Source: a bacterium
GTDB taxonomy: Bacteria; Patescibacteriota; Doudnabacteria; UBA920
DNA length: 64,000 bases
NCBI GenBank assembly: GCA_016699995.1
Contig: CP064996.1
Location: 266,357 to 330,356 of the forward strand
Direction of reading: 5' to 3'
Made by a program: the position numbers and the translations under genes. Position 1 is the first letter of the stretch; every line of letters starts with the position of its first letter. Shown piece by piece: positions 53,137-61,749 of the stretch. The notes below the pieces were generated by a model. That model saw nothing but the letters and a program-made list of their open reading frames with translations, ran no database searches and was not told the DNA's origin.

Positions 53137-53214
53137 GTTTTAAAAATATATATTCGTCACTAGTCCTCGGAACTTCGTTCCTGCGGAATCGTTCCTCATA
53201 TATATTTTTAAAAC
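53137..53214. repeat. 78-nt element bounded by perfect 17-bp AT-rich inverted repeats (GTTTTAAAAATATATAT / ATATATATTTTTAAAAC)
   Basis: The IRs flank a 44-nt core that contains two small GGAAC...GTTCC hairpins. Confidence 0.6.
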
Positions 53215-53220
53215 AAAACA

Positions 53221-53254
53221 AAAACCGCCAAAGAATCGTCTTGGGCGGTTTTTA
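53221..53254. terminator. bidirectional intrinsic terminator
   Basis: ACCGCCAAAG-aatcgt-CTTGGGCGGT stem between AAAA and TTTTT. Confidence 0.65.
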
Positions 53255-53276
53255 TATATTCGTGAAAGGGGAGCGG

Positions 53277-53705
53277 TTAATCGCTCGTGCCTTCGTCTCT
53301 GGTGATCGGCATGTTCACTACTGAACTGATCAAGTAGTACGACGCGAACGCTGTTGGTATCGCCATGATCTTCACGGCTAGTCCCAACTCCTTGTTAGGC
53401 AGGTAGACGAGGCCGACTATAGCAATTCCCAGCAGTGCCCCGAACAATGCGTAAAAGAGGGAAGTAGCGTTATCGGGATGGCAGTTGAGCTTTTTGGCCC
53501 AGCCCTTAATGTGATTATGCCGCGATCCTAGTAGCGTAAACGCTGCGAAGATTACGAGTAGCGTAACCATAACGAGCGGCTGGCCTTCGTCGGCCGAACG
53601 TTCGGCGAGAAGTCGTTCGTTAAAGATAACGAACGTCGTGCCAGCTGCCGTGCCGAGCACGGTAAAGAAAACGTTAAAACCAAAGCGTTTGATCCTTTCA
53701 GACAT
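53277..53705 (-). CDS. hypothetical membrane protein
   Basis: 142 aa, four hydrophobic helices. AGGAGG RBS. Confidence 0.45.
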   Translation of the reverse strand: MSERIKRFGFNVFFTVLGTAAGTTFVIFNERLLAERSADEGQPLVMVTLLVIFAAFTLLGSRHNHIKGWAKKLNCHPDNATSLFYALFGALLGIAIVGLVYLPNKELGLAVKIMAIPTAFASYYLISSVVNMPITRDEGTSD

Positions 53706-53790
53706 TAACTTCCTCCTGGCGCCATGGGCGCAAAATCAAATTTTTAATAACTTGCTAATTATAGCACAAATATGTTAAAATGTCAATATT

Positions 53791-55167
53791 ATGCTGAAAA
53801 CAGCTAAAAAAGCCAAATCCATGGCTAAGTCTAATAAATCCAAGGCCAAAACCACCAAAAAAGCCTCTAAGGGACGCGTTTTAATGGCGCTGTCAGGCGG
53901 AATTGATTCAGCGGTATCTGCGTATAAATTAATTCAAGCAGGTTACGAAGTTGAGGCCGCATTTATGAAAAACTGGTCTTCGACTAACGGTTTAAAATAT
54001 GACGGATGCCCGTGGCTTACAGATCGCCAAGATGCGCTGCGCGTGGCGGCGTTTTTGGGCATACCCATGCATACCTTAAACTTCGAAAAAGAATACGAAA
54101 AGACTGTCATGGATTATTTCTTTACCGAATACAAAGCCGGACGAACGCCGAATCCGGATGTAATGTGCAACAAAGAAATCAAATTTAAATTGCTGTACAA
54201 GTGGGCTATGAAAAACGGTTTTGATTATATGGCGACCGGTCATTATGCTCAGGTTAAGCCTATAAAGGACGTGTTGGCAGGCGCGCGTCGCACAAGCTAT
54301 ACACTAACTAACTCAGGGGCTGTGGATAACTCAAAAATGACCAAGGGGAGTGGTAATCGCTCAAAAACCAACCGTCTGAGCACTTCCGCTAGTTCTTTGA
54401 ATCTGAACCCGTCTAACAGCAGCGATCAATTGTATGCCCTCGTTCGGAGCGCCGATGATTTTAAAGATCAAACTTATTTCATCTATAATATTCTGCAATC
54501 GCAACTCCCCCATCTGCTCTTCCCTATCGGCGGATTAAAAAAATCGGCCGTCAAGAATTTAGCGCGCAGGCTCAAGCTGCCGAACGCCGATAAAAAAGAA
54601 AGTATGGGGCTATGTTTTGTTGGCCAGATTCGCCTTAAGGATTTTCTCGAACAGAAATTAAAAATTAAACCCGGACCGATTGTCGATATCAACGCGCCCA
54701 AGTCTGCGGGTGTGGCAGGCAAGGGTCGCCAGCAAAAAATTGGTGAGCATCAGGGTCTGGCATTTTATACCGTTGGCCAGCGTCAAGGCATTCGCGTCGG
54801 CCAAAACGGCCCGTGGTTTGTGGTGCGCAAAGAGCTTAAGACCAACACCTTGTTCGTGACCAATAATCCTAATGATAAAGCTTTAGAGACTAAGCAGGTA
54901 GAAATTCATAGTGTTAACTGGATCAGTAAGCCTCTTGCCCTCTCCCCGGAGTTTAAGGCGGGTTCGAAGAACAGTCTGAAATCTAAAGGCTTCGCTGCGC
55001 TGGGCCGCTACCGCCATCAAGGCACTTTAGAAAAGATCACTATTTTCGAATTGAGCAAAGGCCATTATAAGGTTGAATTTGCCAGGCCTCAGAAGGCTGT
55101 GGCTAGCGGACAGAGTTTAGTTTTATACGACGGGAAAGTTTGTTTGGGAGGCGGGGTAATAGTATAA
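53791..55167 (+). CDS. mnmA: tRNA-specific 2-thiouridylase MnmA with Lys-rich N-terminal tail and a roughly 60-aa low-complexity insertion
   Basis: PP-loop ALSGGIDS. Catalytic Cys (GCPW, CF.G). An S/T/N-rich insertion sits between the catalytic and central domains. Confidence 0.85.
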   Translation: MLKTAKKAKSMAKSNKSKAKTTKKASKGRVLMALSGGIDSAVSAYKLIQAGYEVEAAFMKNWSSTNGLKYDGCPWLTDRQDALRVAAFLGIPMHTLNFEKEYEKTVMDYFFTEYKAGRTPNPDVMCNKEIKFKLLYKWAMKNGFDYMATGHYAQVKPIKDVLAGARRTSYTLTNSGAVDNSKMTKGSGNRSKTNRLSTSASSLNLNPSNSSDQLYALVRSADDFKDQTYFIYNILQSQLPHLLFPIGGLKKSAVKNLARRLKLPNADKKESMGLCFVGQIRLKDFLEQKLKIKPGPIVDINAPKSAGVAGKGRQQKIGEHQGLAFYTVGQRQGIRVGQNGPWFVVRKELKTNTLFVTNNPNDKALETKQVEIHSVNWISKPLALSPEFKAGSKNSLKSKGFAALGRYRHQGTLEKITIFELSKGHYKVEFARPQKAVASGQSLVLYDGKVCLGGGVIV

Positions 55168-55364
55168 TTAATTTAATGAAAAACCAGGCACTTTCGTTTT
55201 TATCTAAATCTAGTAATTACGCCCTAACTACAGGCGTGATCTTCTTTGCTATTGGTTTGCTGGGGTTCATTTTTAAATCCAATAACTCGTTGCCAGACTA
55301 TTATTTACTATTGTTTATTGTACTGGGGTTCTGGGGGATTTTGGTGGGCTTAAGGAACCGCTAG
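55140..55364 (+). CDS. small hypothetical membrane protein
   Basis: 74 aa, two hydrophobic helices. Overlaps the mnmA 3' end. Confidence 0.3.
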   Translation: MFGRRGNSIINLMKNQALSFLSKSSNYALTTGVIFFAIGLLGFIFKSNNSLPDYYLLLFIVLGFWGILVGLRNR

Positions 55365-55397
55365 CAATACTGGCAGGCAAAGCGTGCAAGTAGGTAT

Positions 55398-55430
55398 TAA
55401 AAAAACGCGTGGTAACACGCGTTTTAAATT
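55398..55430. terminator. bidirectional intrinsic terminator
   Basis: AACGCGTG-gtaa-CACGCGTT stem between AAAAA and TTTT. Confidence 0.7.
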
Positions 55431-55441
55431 TAGGTTCTGGT

Positions 55442-55966
55442 TTATAGATCGAATCGAGCTGTGCGGACAATCTCGGCAAGTTCGGCTTTGTATTGCTCGT
55501 TCATGGTACCATCGAAAGTATAGTAGTTGTCCCCTACTTTAATCGCATAAACTAAATCATCATAATTAGTTGCGATTTGACCCATGGCGATGCGCACTGG
55601 GGATCCTTTTAAATTATCAACCGCAACGAAGTTCTCCTTGCTGATGTATATGCGAATCGGGGGCGCATCTTTTTCTGGAGCCAAGTTAATGGTGTAAACC
55701 TCCGGAATGGTTGTGCGGTCGGCGGAATAGAACCAGGTCTCGGGGTAAGAAATGCGCAAAGGGTAAGCGTTGTCGGTATAGACCTGCCAGTTTGTGGAGT
55801 CGATCTTTTCGCCTTTGTCGGATTGGCTGGCGATGTCACGCTGATCGGCGGCCGAATTGCGGTTCTGGATACGCGCCAAAACGAATGCCGTATAGACCGC
55901 GAACATAGTGAGCAGTACGATGATAATAAAGCTCCGGGTAGCTAATGTGTGGTGAGTTATTCTCAT
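55442..55966 (-). CDS. hypothetical exported protein with N-terminal membrane anchor
   Basis: 174 aa, one N-terminal TM helix. No recognised motif. Confidence 0.45.
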   Translation of the reverse strand: MRITHHTLATRSFIIIVLLTMFAVYTAFVLARIQNRNSAADQRDIASQSDKGEKIDSTNWQVYTDNAYPLRISYPETWFYSADRTTIPEVYTINLAPEKDAPPIRIYISKENFVAVDNLKGSPVRIAMGQIATNYDDLVYAIKVGDNYYTFDGTMNEQYKAELAEIVRTARFDL

Positions 55967-56151
55967 TTTTGTTCGGAATTAAAAACTTCTTTTAGATTGC
56001 TTTCGTTTCCGCAATAGTACAAATGCTCAGTGAGGTTTACGCAATATCCTGGATTTTTTTGAACATAGGAGTACTTTGGTAAAAACCAAATCAAAAAAAC
56101 TATTATCGCGGCGATTATTAAATAGAACAGGTATTTAATTATATGGTGCAT
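55963..56151 (-). CDS. small hypothetical membrane protein
   Basis: 62 aa with one TM helix. ATGA overlap with the downstream gene. Confidence 0.3.
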   Translation of the reverse strand: MHHIIKYLFYLIIAAIIVFLIWFLPKYSYVQKNPGYCVNLTEHLYYCGNESNLKEVFNSEQK

Positions 56152-56190
56152 GTTTTGTCTGTGTTTCTGTGGCTAGGCCAATGTCGTAGG

Positions 56191-56219
56191 TTGACTTTTT
56201 GCTGGTAATATTATATCAT
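56191..56219 (+). promoter_or_regulatory. sigma70 promoter TTGACT-17-TATCAT
   Basis: Near-consensus hexamers. AGGAGG RBS precedes maf. Confidence 0.55.
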
Positions 56220-56260
56220 AAACAGTTCCATGTTAGGAATTCAGATTTATAGGAGGCCTT

Positions 56261-56971
56261 ATGAAGCTTATATTGGGATCGGAATCAATATTCCGAAAAC
56301 GGCTTTTAGAAAGAGCTGGGTTTGAGGATTTTGAGGTTATTGCACCGCGGATTGATGAAAAAGCGATTCGTGATGAGGATCCAAAACAGCTAGTGCTTAA
56401 GCTGGGTATCGCAAAATCAATGGCAGTGGAGAACAATATTAATTCTCTCAAGGATCATTTAGGATTGGATGCTAGAGAATTTATTATTATCACCAGCGAT
56501 CAGGTTGCGGTCCGCGAAAGGGATGGCGCAATTTTGGAAAAGCCGCTGACGAAGAACAATCTTCCCGACAAGGATATGGCGGTCGCTTACCTGCGTAGCT
56601 ATATCGACAGCCCAGTTATTTTTTACACATCACTGGTCTGCTATCACGTGGCAAAAAAGTTGCGCACCAGCCAGGTGGTTGAAAATTGGGTTGAATTCTT
56701 GCCATTTAGCGAGAGTGAAATTAAGAAGCTTGTTAGCTGGGGCAGCACTTATAAGGCGTGTGGCGCCTTAGCTGGAGGCATTCCTGGCGACCCGGCTAGC
56801 GAGATCGTCGATTCGCATATTGTGGGCTTATCTGGCGACCCGACTGCTGTAGTTGGCTTGCCGATTGCTGCCTTAAAAAGCTATTTGCGGGCCATCGACT
56901 TTCCGGTTCCTCGAGCAACTTTTAGTCCGTTCACGTTCGGGCCTATGTCTCATGTAAAAAGCAGGTGTTAA
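56261..56971 (+). CDS. maf: Maf-like nucleoside-triphosphate pyrophosphatase with C-terminal extension
   Basis: LILGSES..R..LL N-terminus and the Maf core. About 45 extra C-terminal residues. Confidence 0.75.
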   Translation: MKLILGSESIFRKRLLERAGFEDFEVIAPRIDEKAIRDEDPKQLVLKLGIAKSMAVENNINSLKDHLGLDAREFIIITSDQVAVRERDGAILEKPLTKNNLPDKDMAVAYLRSYIDSPVIFYTSLVCYHVAKKLRTSQVVENWVEFLPFSESEIKKLVSWGSTYKACGALAGGIPGDPASEIVDSHIVGLSGDPTAVVGLPIAALKSYLRAIDFPVPRATFSPFTFGPMSHVKSRC

Positions 56972-57114
56972 CCTAAATCGGCTCCGGCCGGCCCTTGCTT
57001 TTACAGGCATTTTGACTTATAATCAAACAGTTACGTTACGAGTTTTTTGTTAGACATTCTGGCAGATGCTCTGGCGCGACTCGAAGATTATAAGTCTTTT
57101 TTATTTTCCTCTAT

Positions 57115-57143
57115 TGGGGTATAGCCAAGTGGTAAGGCAAGCG
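57115..57143 (+). pseudogene. tRNA-Gln 5' fragment (29 nt identical to the 5' part of the adjacent tRNA-Gln)
   Basis: TGGGGTATAGCCAAGTGGTAAGGCAAGCG is followed by unrelated sequence with two hairpins. There is no T-arm, so it is not a functional tRNA. Confidence 0.6.
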
Positions 57144-57226
57144 CCAAAGGTTTGCGCAAGCAAACCGTTAATTATAGAGGTCCGCTCGAGAGCGGACATA
57201 GAAAAACTGAATTAGAATATTTGCAT

Positions 57227-57301
57227 TGGGGTATAGCCAAGTGGTAAGGCAAGCGGTTCTGGTCCGCTCATTCCTAGGTTCGAATCCTAGTACCCCAGCC
57301 A
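57227..57301 (+). tRNA. tRNA-Gln (anticodon CUG), encoded CCA
   Basis: 75 nt. Identical to the 50464-50538 copy except for the anticodon and a compensated T-stem pair. Confidence 0.88.
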
Positions 57302-57348
57302 CCAAACTAAAGTATCCGGATGACCTAAGTGGGTCAAAAAATGAAGAT

Positions 57349-57368
57349 CGCCCTAGGGGCGGTTTTTT
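57349..57368 (+). terminator. intrinsic terminator after tRNA-Gln(CUG)
   Basis: CGCCC-ta-GGGGCG stem followed by GTTTTTTGTTATAAT. Confidence 0.65.
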
Positions 57369-57391
57369 GTTATAATTTAGCCATAATATAT

Positions 57392-57574
57392 ATGGCCGCA
57401 GGTTATATAAAATTGCAGTTCAAGGATCCTGATACGACCAAAGATTTTATTTTGCCCTTTGTAGTCTACGACCAGATGCCGGATCGGGAGGATCGATATA
57501 GTACTTCAGAGTTAGAAAAACTACTTAGGCAAGCCTTAAAGGAAACCAACTGGCGCTTAATGACTAGTGAGTGA
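57392..57574 (+). CDS. hypothetical small protein (start uncertain)
   Basis: The ORF-track start at 57329 (GTG) runs through the tRNA terminator. The internal ATG at 57392 gives 60 aa with no recognised motif. Confidence 0.25.
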   Translation: MAAGYIKLQFKDPDTTKDFILPFVVYDQMPDREDRYSTSELEKLLRQALKETNWRLMTSE

Positions 57575-57660
57575 CGTACCGTTTAGGCATGCTAGAAGGG
57601 CGCTTACATGGTTATGACCGTGAAGAAGATCTGCTAAAGTTAATCAAAGAATAGTATTTT

Positions 57661-57683
57661 AAAAAGCCCGCTCGGGCTTTTTA
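57661..57683. terminator. bidirectional intrinsic terminator
   Basis: GCCCG-ct-CGGGC stem between AAAAA and TTTTT. Confidence 0.7.
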
Positions 57684-57693
57684 AATAGAGAAT

Positions 57694-58665
57694 TTATTTA
57701 ATTGTAACTACTACTTTGCCACGAGGATTGTTCTTTTCAAAAAAGTCGAAAGCCTCTTTTATCTGATCCAGAGTAAACACCTTGTCTACCTGCGGTTTAA
57801 CTTTTCCGCTATCAACCAACTCTGCTAATCTAGTAAGTTGTTCCGTCGATGTTTGGGTCATTTGAGGTATGACAGTGACCTCATGCTCTTTAGCCATTGC
57901 TTCATCAGCTGGGCCTACCATAGATACTACAATACCACCTTTTTTAACTGCCTTAACTGATCCTTCGAGTGTTGGCTGGGCAGTAACGAATGCGGCATCG
58001 TAATCTTTAATAATGGTAGTGAAGTCTTGCGTTTTATAGTCAATGACTTCATCTGCTCCTAGTGATTTTGCAAACTCAATGTCGTCCGTGGCAACGGTGG
58101 TCGCTACATACGCCCCACGAAGTTTAGCTAACTGAATTGCGAGTGATCCAATGCCACCAGCTCCACCCTGAATGAGGATTTTCTGTCCACTTTGAATGTT
58201 AATATGTTCTTCAATTCCTTGGATAGCACTTGCACCTACAAGGGGGAGGGAGGCTGCTTGGTTCATATCAACTGAAGTAGGCTTTTTAGCTACCTTACCG
58301 CTTGGAGCGGCTGTAAATTCAGCCAGAGATCCTGATCCGCCAAGTAGCGCACCTGCTTGGCCATATACTTCATCGCCAATGCTCAAACCCGTCACACCTT
58401 CGCCGACTTCAGTTACAACGCCTGCAAAATCACCACCTAAGGTTGAGGGGAAATTTATTGGCATCATTTGCTGTAAGTACCCTGAACGAATGGCGCTATC
58501 AATACGATTAAGACTGGCTGCGTGAACTTCTACCACAACTTGGCCGGATTGAACGGTTGGGGTAGAGGTGTCGCTTGTTATTTCAATTGCTTCAGTGCCC
58601 CCGTATTGTTTTATTTGAACTGCTTTCATATTATTTACCTTTTTTAGCTTGTTGTTTAATTCCAT
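57694..58665 (-). CDS. zinc-binding alcohol dehydrogenase / NADPH:quinone oxidoreductase family
   Basis: MKAVQI..YGG N-terminus. GAAGGIG Rossmann motif. Confidence 0.8.
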   Translation of the reverse strand: MELNNKLKKVNNMKAVQIKQYGGTEAIEITSDTSTPTVQSGQVVVEVHAASLNRIDSAIRSGYLQQMMPINFPSTLGGDFAGVVTEVGEGVTGLSIGDEVYGQAGALLGGSGSLAEFTAAPSGKVAKKPTSVDMNQAASLPLVGASAIQGIEEHINIQSGQKILIQGGAGGIGSLAIQLAKLRGAYVATTVATDDIEFAKSLGADEVIDYKTQDFTTIIKDYDAAFVTAQPTLEGSVKAVKKGGIVVSMVGPADEAMAKEHEVTVIPQMTQTSTEQLTRLAELVDSGKVKPQVDKVFTLDQIKEAFDFFEKNNPRGKVVVTIK

Positions 58666-58927
58666 CAGACAAGCTTTTTAATAGTTTTAGTGTATATTCG
58701 GCATTGAGGCGATAGTAGACCTCTTGGCCTTTTCTTTCATCAATAACAATGTTGTATAATTTCAGCGTTTTTAGGTGCTGTGACATTGCCGATTGGCTGA
58801 TTTTCACGGCTTTAACCAATTGGCCTACCGTTTTAGCCTCATTAAACAATGCCTCGACTATTTTGTAGCGTGAGGCGTTGCCAATACCTTTACCTAATTT
58901 TTCAATTTCATCGCATAATTCTGACAT
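58631..58927 (-). CDS. ArsR/SmtB-family transcriptional regulator
   Basis: ASRYKIVEAL ... SQSAMSQHLKTLK ... winged HTH. Confidence 0.75.
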   Translation of the reverse strand: MSELCDEIEKLGKGIGNASRYKIVEALFNEAKTVGQLVKAVKISQSAMSQHLKTLKLYNIVIDERKGQEVYYRLNAEYTLKLLKSLSDGIKQQAKKGK

Positions 58928-58956
58928 ATAAACTTGATCAATTTATTTATCGTATT

Positions 58957-58982
58957 AAGATATTAGCATATCCTAATATCTT
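58957..58982. promoter_or_regulatory. perfect 10-bp inverted repeat AAGATATTAG-N6-CTAATATCTT, candidate ArsR-family operator
   Basis: Located 30-55 bp upstream of the minus-strand ArsR gene start, in a divergent intergenic region. Confidence 0.5.
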
Positions 58983-59091
58983 GTCAAGTTTATGAGACAT
59001 TGTGTATTTGTTATAATAAAAACATGTTAGAAGACAATTAAAACCTAGTTATCCACTAGATTATTTGACAATATTTTTTTATCTGATATAA

Positions 59092-59117
59092 ATAGGGTAT
59101 GGGGGTATTACCTATAT
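59092..59117. promoter_or_regulatory. G-tract-centred pseudo-palindrome ATAGGGTATGGGGGTATTACCTAT, candidate CsoR operator
   Basis: Lies 17-42 bp upstream of csoR. It has the GC/G-tract core flanked by AT-rich arms that typifies CsoR sites. Confidence 0.4.
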
Positions 59118-59133
59118 AATTAACCAAACCAAC

Positions 59134-59415
59134 ATGGATCATTCACTAGACCCGAAACTAAAAAAACGAGCTGTACACAGGGCAAAGATAATTAAAGGAC
59201 AGTTAGACGGCCTAATTAAGGCTATAGAAAACGAAGAGTATTGCCCTACTCTTATGGAGCAATCTTTATCCATTCAAAGGTCGCTAAAAAGCCTAGATAC
59301 GTTCTTACTGGAAAATCACTTACGCACCCATGTTAAGCACCAGATGCAAAACAACGGCGAGAGTGAAAAAGCAGTAAAGGAACTAATCAAGGTCTACACC
59401 TTATCAAACAAGTAA
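59134..59415 (+). CDS. csoR: CsoR/RcnR-family metal-sensing repressor
   Basis: 93 aa DUF156 helix bundle. Cys (EEYCP) and His (HLRTHVKH) ligand positions. Confidence 0.78.
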   Translation: MDHSLDPKLKKRAVHRAKIIKGQLDGLIKAIENEEYCPTLMEQSLSIQRSLKSLDTFLLENHLRTHVKHQMQNNGESEKAVKELIKVYTLSNK

Positions 59416-59419
59416 TTTT

Positions 59420-59920
59420 ATGTCTAAGCAAATAAAAATAATTATAGCTGTAGCGGTTGGAGTTCTAGGATTAGGACTTACCTTGTTTTTAAATCAGCCA
59501 ACTGAGCATGAGCAAATGCAAGGTACTGGTGCTGAGCATAACATCCTTCAAACTGATACCCAATCTTACGACTTTGGTACGATATCGATGAAAAATGGAA
59601 AGGTTAAAACCACTTTCAAGATTAAAAATCCGACAGCCGAAGCCTTAACAATGTCTAAGCTATACACCACCTGTATGTGTACTGAAGCGAAGCTTATGGT
59701 AAACGGAGCAACGGAAGGTCCATTTGGAATGCCCGGACACGGTTCTATTCCAACCTTTGAACAAAAGCTTGATCCTAATCAGGAAGCAGAAATTGAAGTC
59801 GAATATGACCCAAATGCTCACGGCCCATCAGGGGTAGGTCGAATTGAGCGATCTGTCATTGTCGAGGGGCAAGGCGGAAAACTTGCCACGTTAAATATTA
59901 TCGCTAACGTGACACCATAA
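59420..59920 (+). CDS. DUF1573-domain exported protein
   Basis: N-terminal TM. TCMCT Cys-x-Cys motif and Ig-like beta pattern typical of DUF1573. Confidence 0.65.
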   Translation: MSKQIKIIIAVAVGVLGLGLTLFLNQPTEHEQMQGTGAEHNILQTDTQSYDFGTISMKNGKVKTTFKIKNPTAEALTMSKLYTTCMCTEAKLMVNGATEGPFGMPGHGSIPTFEQKLDPNQEAEIEVEYDPNAHGPSGVGRIERSVIVEGQGGKLATLNIIANVTP

Positions 59921-60705
59921 TGAAATACAAAAATCTCATTTTATTAGTACTGTTTGGACTGTTGGTGTTTGGTGGTGCTTTGTTTTTCCAAAAGTTTCAG
60001 GCAGGCAGCCAGTGGCTTTGGAGCGTGAGCAACGAAGGACAAACCCTGCTTCCCTTAGTTGTAGTTTCATCGCTTGTCGATAGCATTAACCCCTGTGCTT
60101 TCTCGATCTTAATTGTCAGCATAATTTTCTTATTTGGCATCGGAAAAACCAGAGAGAATATATTCAAATACGGAATCGCATATATTTTCGGTATTTTCCT
60201 AGTCTATTTGCTCATAGGACTAGGGATCATGCAAGTGCTCCATGTGTTTAATGTTCCGCACTTTATGTCTAAGCTCGGTGCAGGATTATTGATCCTTTTT
60301 GGAGCAATAAACATACTTGAGACTATTTTCCCGAACTTTCCTATAAAGTTCGCTATCCCTCATAGCGCACACGGAAAGATGAATGAGTTGGTTAAGAAAG
60401 TAAGCATTCCCGCTATGGTCGCTCTGGGCGCATTAGTAGGACTATGTGAATTCCCATGCACTGGTGGCCCATACCTGACCGTTATAGGGTTGCTCCATGA
60501 TTCTAAAACCTATTGGAGCGGCACAGGGTACCTGCTGTTATACAACCTGATTTTTATTCTTCCTTTGGTAGTAATCTTACTTATCGCAAGCAATAGAAGC
60601 TTGGTAGATAAAGTTCAAGATTTCCAGAAATCAAACAAGAAGTACATGAAAATAGTCGCTGGGTTCATAATGATTATCTTGGCATTCGTAATTCTATCCT
60701 TATGA
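59920..60705 (+). CDS. ccdA: CcdA/DsbD-family thiol-disulfide electron transporter
   Basis: INPCAFS and CEFPCTGGPY conserved Cys in TM1/TM4. Six hydrophobic helices. Confidence 0.78.
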   Translation: MKYKNLILLVLFGLLVFGGALFFQKFQAGSQWLWSVSNEGQTLLPLVVVSSLVDSINPCAFSILIVSIIFLFGIGKTRENIFKYGIAYIFGIFLVYLLIGLGIMQVLHVFNVPHFMSKLGAGLLILFGAINILETIFPNFPIKFAIPHSAHGKMNELVKKVSIPAMVALGALVGLCEFPCTGGPYLTVIGLLHDSKTYWSGTGYLLLYNLIFILPLVVILLIASNRSLVDKVQDFQKSNKKYMKIVAGFIMIILAFVILSL

Positions 60706-61109
60706 TCTATTTCTTAGCATCAATTCTAGTTTTAACTATCATCTTTGCGTATTTATACAAAACGAAGTTAATAACTGTTTGCCCTATTTGCGCCGGAGTT
60801 GTCATTACCTGGTTAATAGGAGTTGTGGGTATTTATACAGGGCAGGAATGGGCTAATCCGTTGATCGTTGCTATTTTGCTTGGAGCAAGCCTTGGTGCTC
60901 TGGCCGACAAATACGGAAGCAGATTTGGTCTGGTTTGGAAAACTTTAATGGTGCTGATCGGTCTTCCTGCTGTGTACTTCATTGTTCAAGAAAACCTTTG
61001 GTTTGGACTGGGATTAGTTGCTGGGCTAGTTATTCTTACTTTGGTGTTTGGTAAGAATACCGCAAACCACAAACCCCACAACAAAGATTTATTTAAGGAA
61101 TGTTGCTAA
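60702..61109 (+). CDS. hypothetical membrane protein with N-terminal CPIC motif and C-terminal CC
   Basis: 135 aa, four hydrophobic helices. VCPICAGV in TM1 and KECC at the C-terminus. ATGA coupling to ccdA. Confidence 0.45.
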   Translation: MIYFLASILVLTIIFAYLYKTKLITVCPICAGVVITWLIGVVGIYTGQEWANPLIVAILLGASLGALADKYGSRFGLVWKTLMVLIGLPAVYFIVQENLWFGLGLVAGLVILTLVFGKNTANHKPHNKDLFKECC

Positions 61110-61130
61110 CAATAATTAATACATAAATAT

Positions 61131-61748
61131 ATGCAAGAAAAAATATTATACGGAGTAGTGGGTCTACTCATTGGCGTTATTGCCACCTGGGCCTTTGCAA
61201 ATAGAGCTGTTAACTCTCATCATCCCGGCATGATGAACATGATGGGCATGAGTCAAACCTCAGAAATTATGGATAATATCGACAAACACTTTATCGAACA
61301 AATGATTCCTCATCATGCAGATGCCATAGCCATGGGTCATTTGGCTCTTGAAAAGGCCGAGCACCAAGAAATCAAAAACTTAGGGCAAAATATCATTGAT
61401 GCCCAGAGTTCGGAAATTGACCAAATGAAAAATTGGTACCAAGGCTGGTTCAATGCTTCTGTTCCGGATGTGTTCGCAGGAACAGATCACGGTATGGGTT
61501 CAGGAATGATGCATGGAGGCATGATGAATAATGAATCAGACATTGAGAGTCTGAGGTCAGCCACGCCGTTTGATAAGGCTTTCATAGAGGAAATGATACC
61601 GCACCACCAAATGGCTGTGATGATGGCGCAGATGCTAAAATCCTCCACTACGCGCCCAGAAATGAAGCAGTTAGCTGATAACATTATTGAAGCTCAAAAC
61701 AAAGAGATTGAGCAAATGAGAAGCTGGTATAGCCAGTGGTATAAATAA
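61131..61748 (+). CDS. DUF305-domain protein (two ferritin-like repeats)
   Basis: Duplicated MIPHH.A..M motifs. N-terminal TM/signal. Confidence 0.72.
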   Translation: MQEKILYGVVGLLIGVIATWAFANRAVNSHHPGMMNMMGMSQTSEIMDNIDKHFIEQMIPHHADAIAMGHLALEKAEHQEIKNLGQNIIDAQSSEIDQMKNWYQGWFNASVPDVFAGTDHGMGSGMMHGGMMNNESDIESLRSATPFDKAFIEEMIPHHQMAVMMAQMLKSSTTRPEMKQLADNIIEAQNKEIEQMRSWYSQWYK

Positions 61749-61749
61749 T

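Noticed and set aside
57115-57226. Possibility that the tRNA fragment plus spacer is an intron-containing tRNA-Gln.
   Set aside because: The downstream part lacks a T-arm and the acceptor 3' strand. Only 9 nt (GTCCGCTC) echo the anticodon-stem region. It is better explained as a recombination remnant.
50464-57301. Integrated mobile element or genomic island between the two tRNA-Gln genes.
   Set aside because: There is no integrase, transposase, phage or conjugation gene. The content is housekeeping (mnmA, maf, ybaB). The duplicated piece is the tRNA 5' end, not a 3' att-type repeat.
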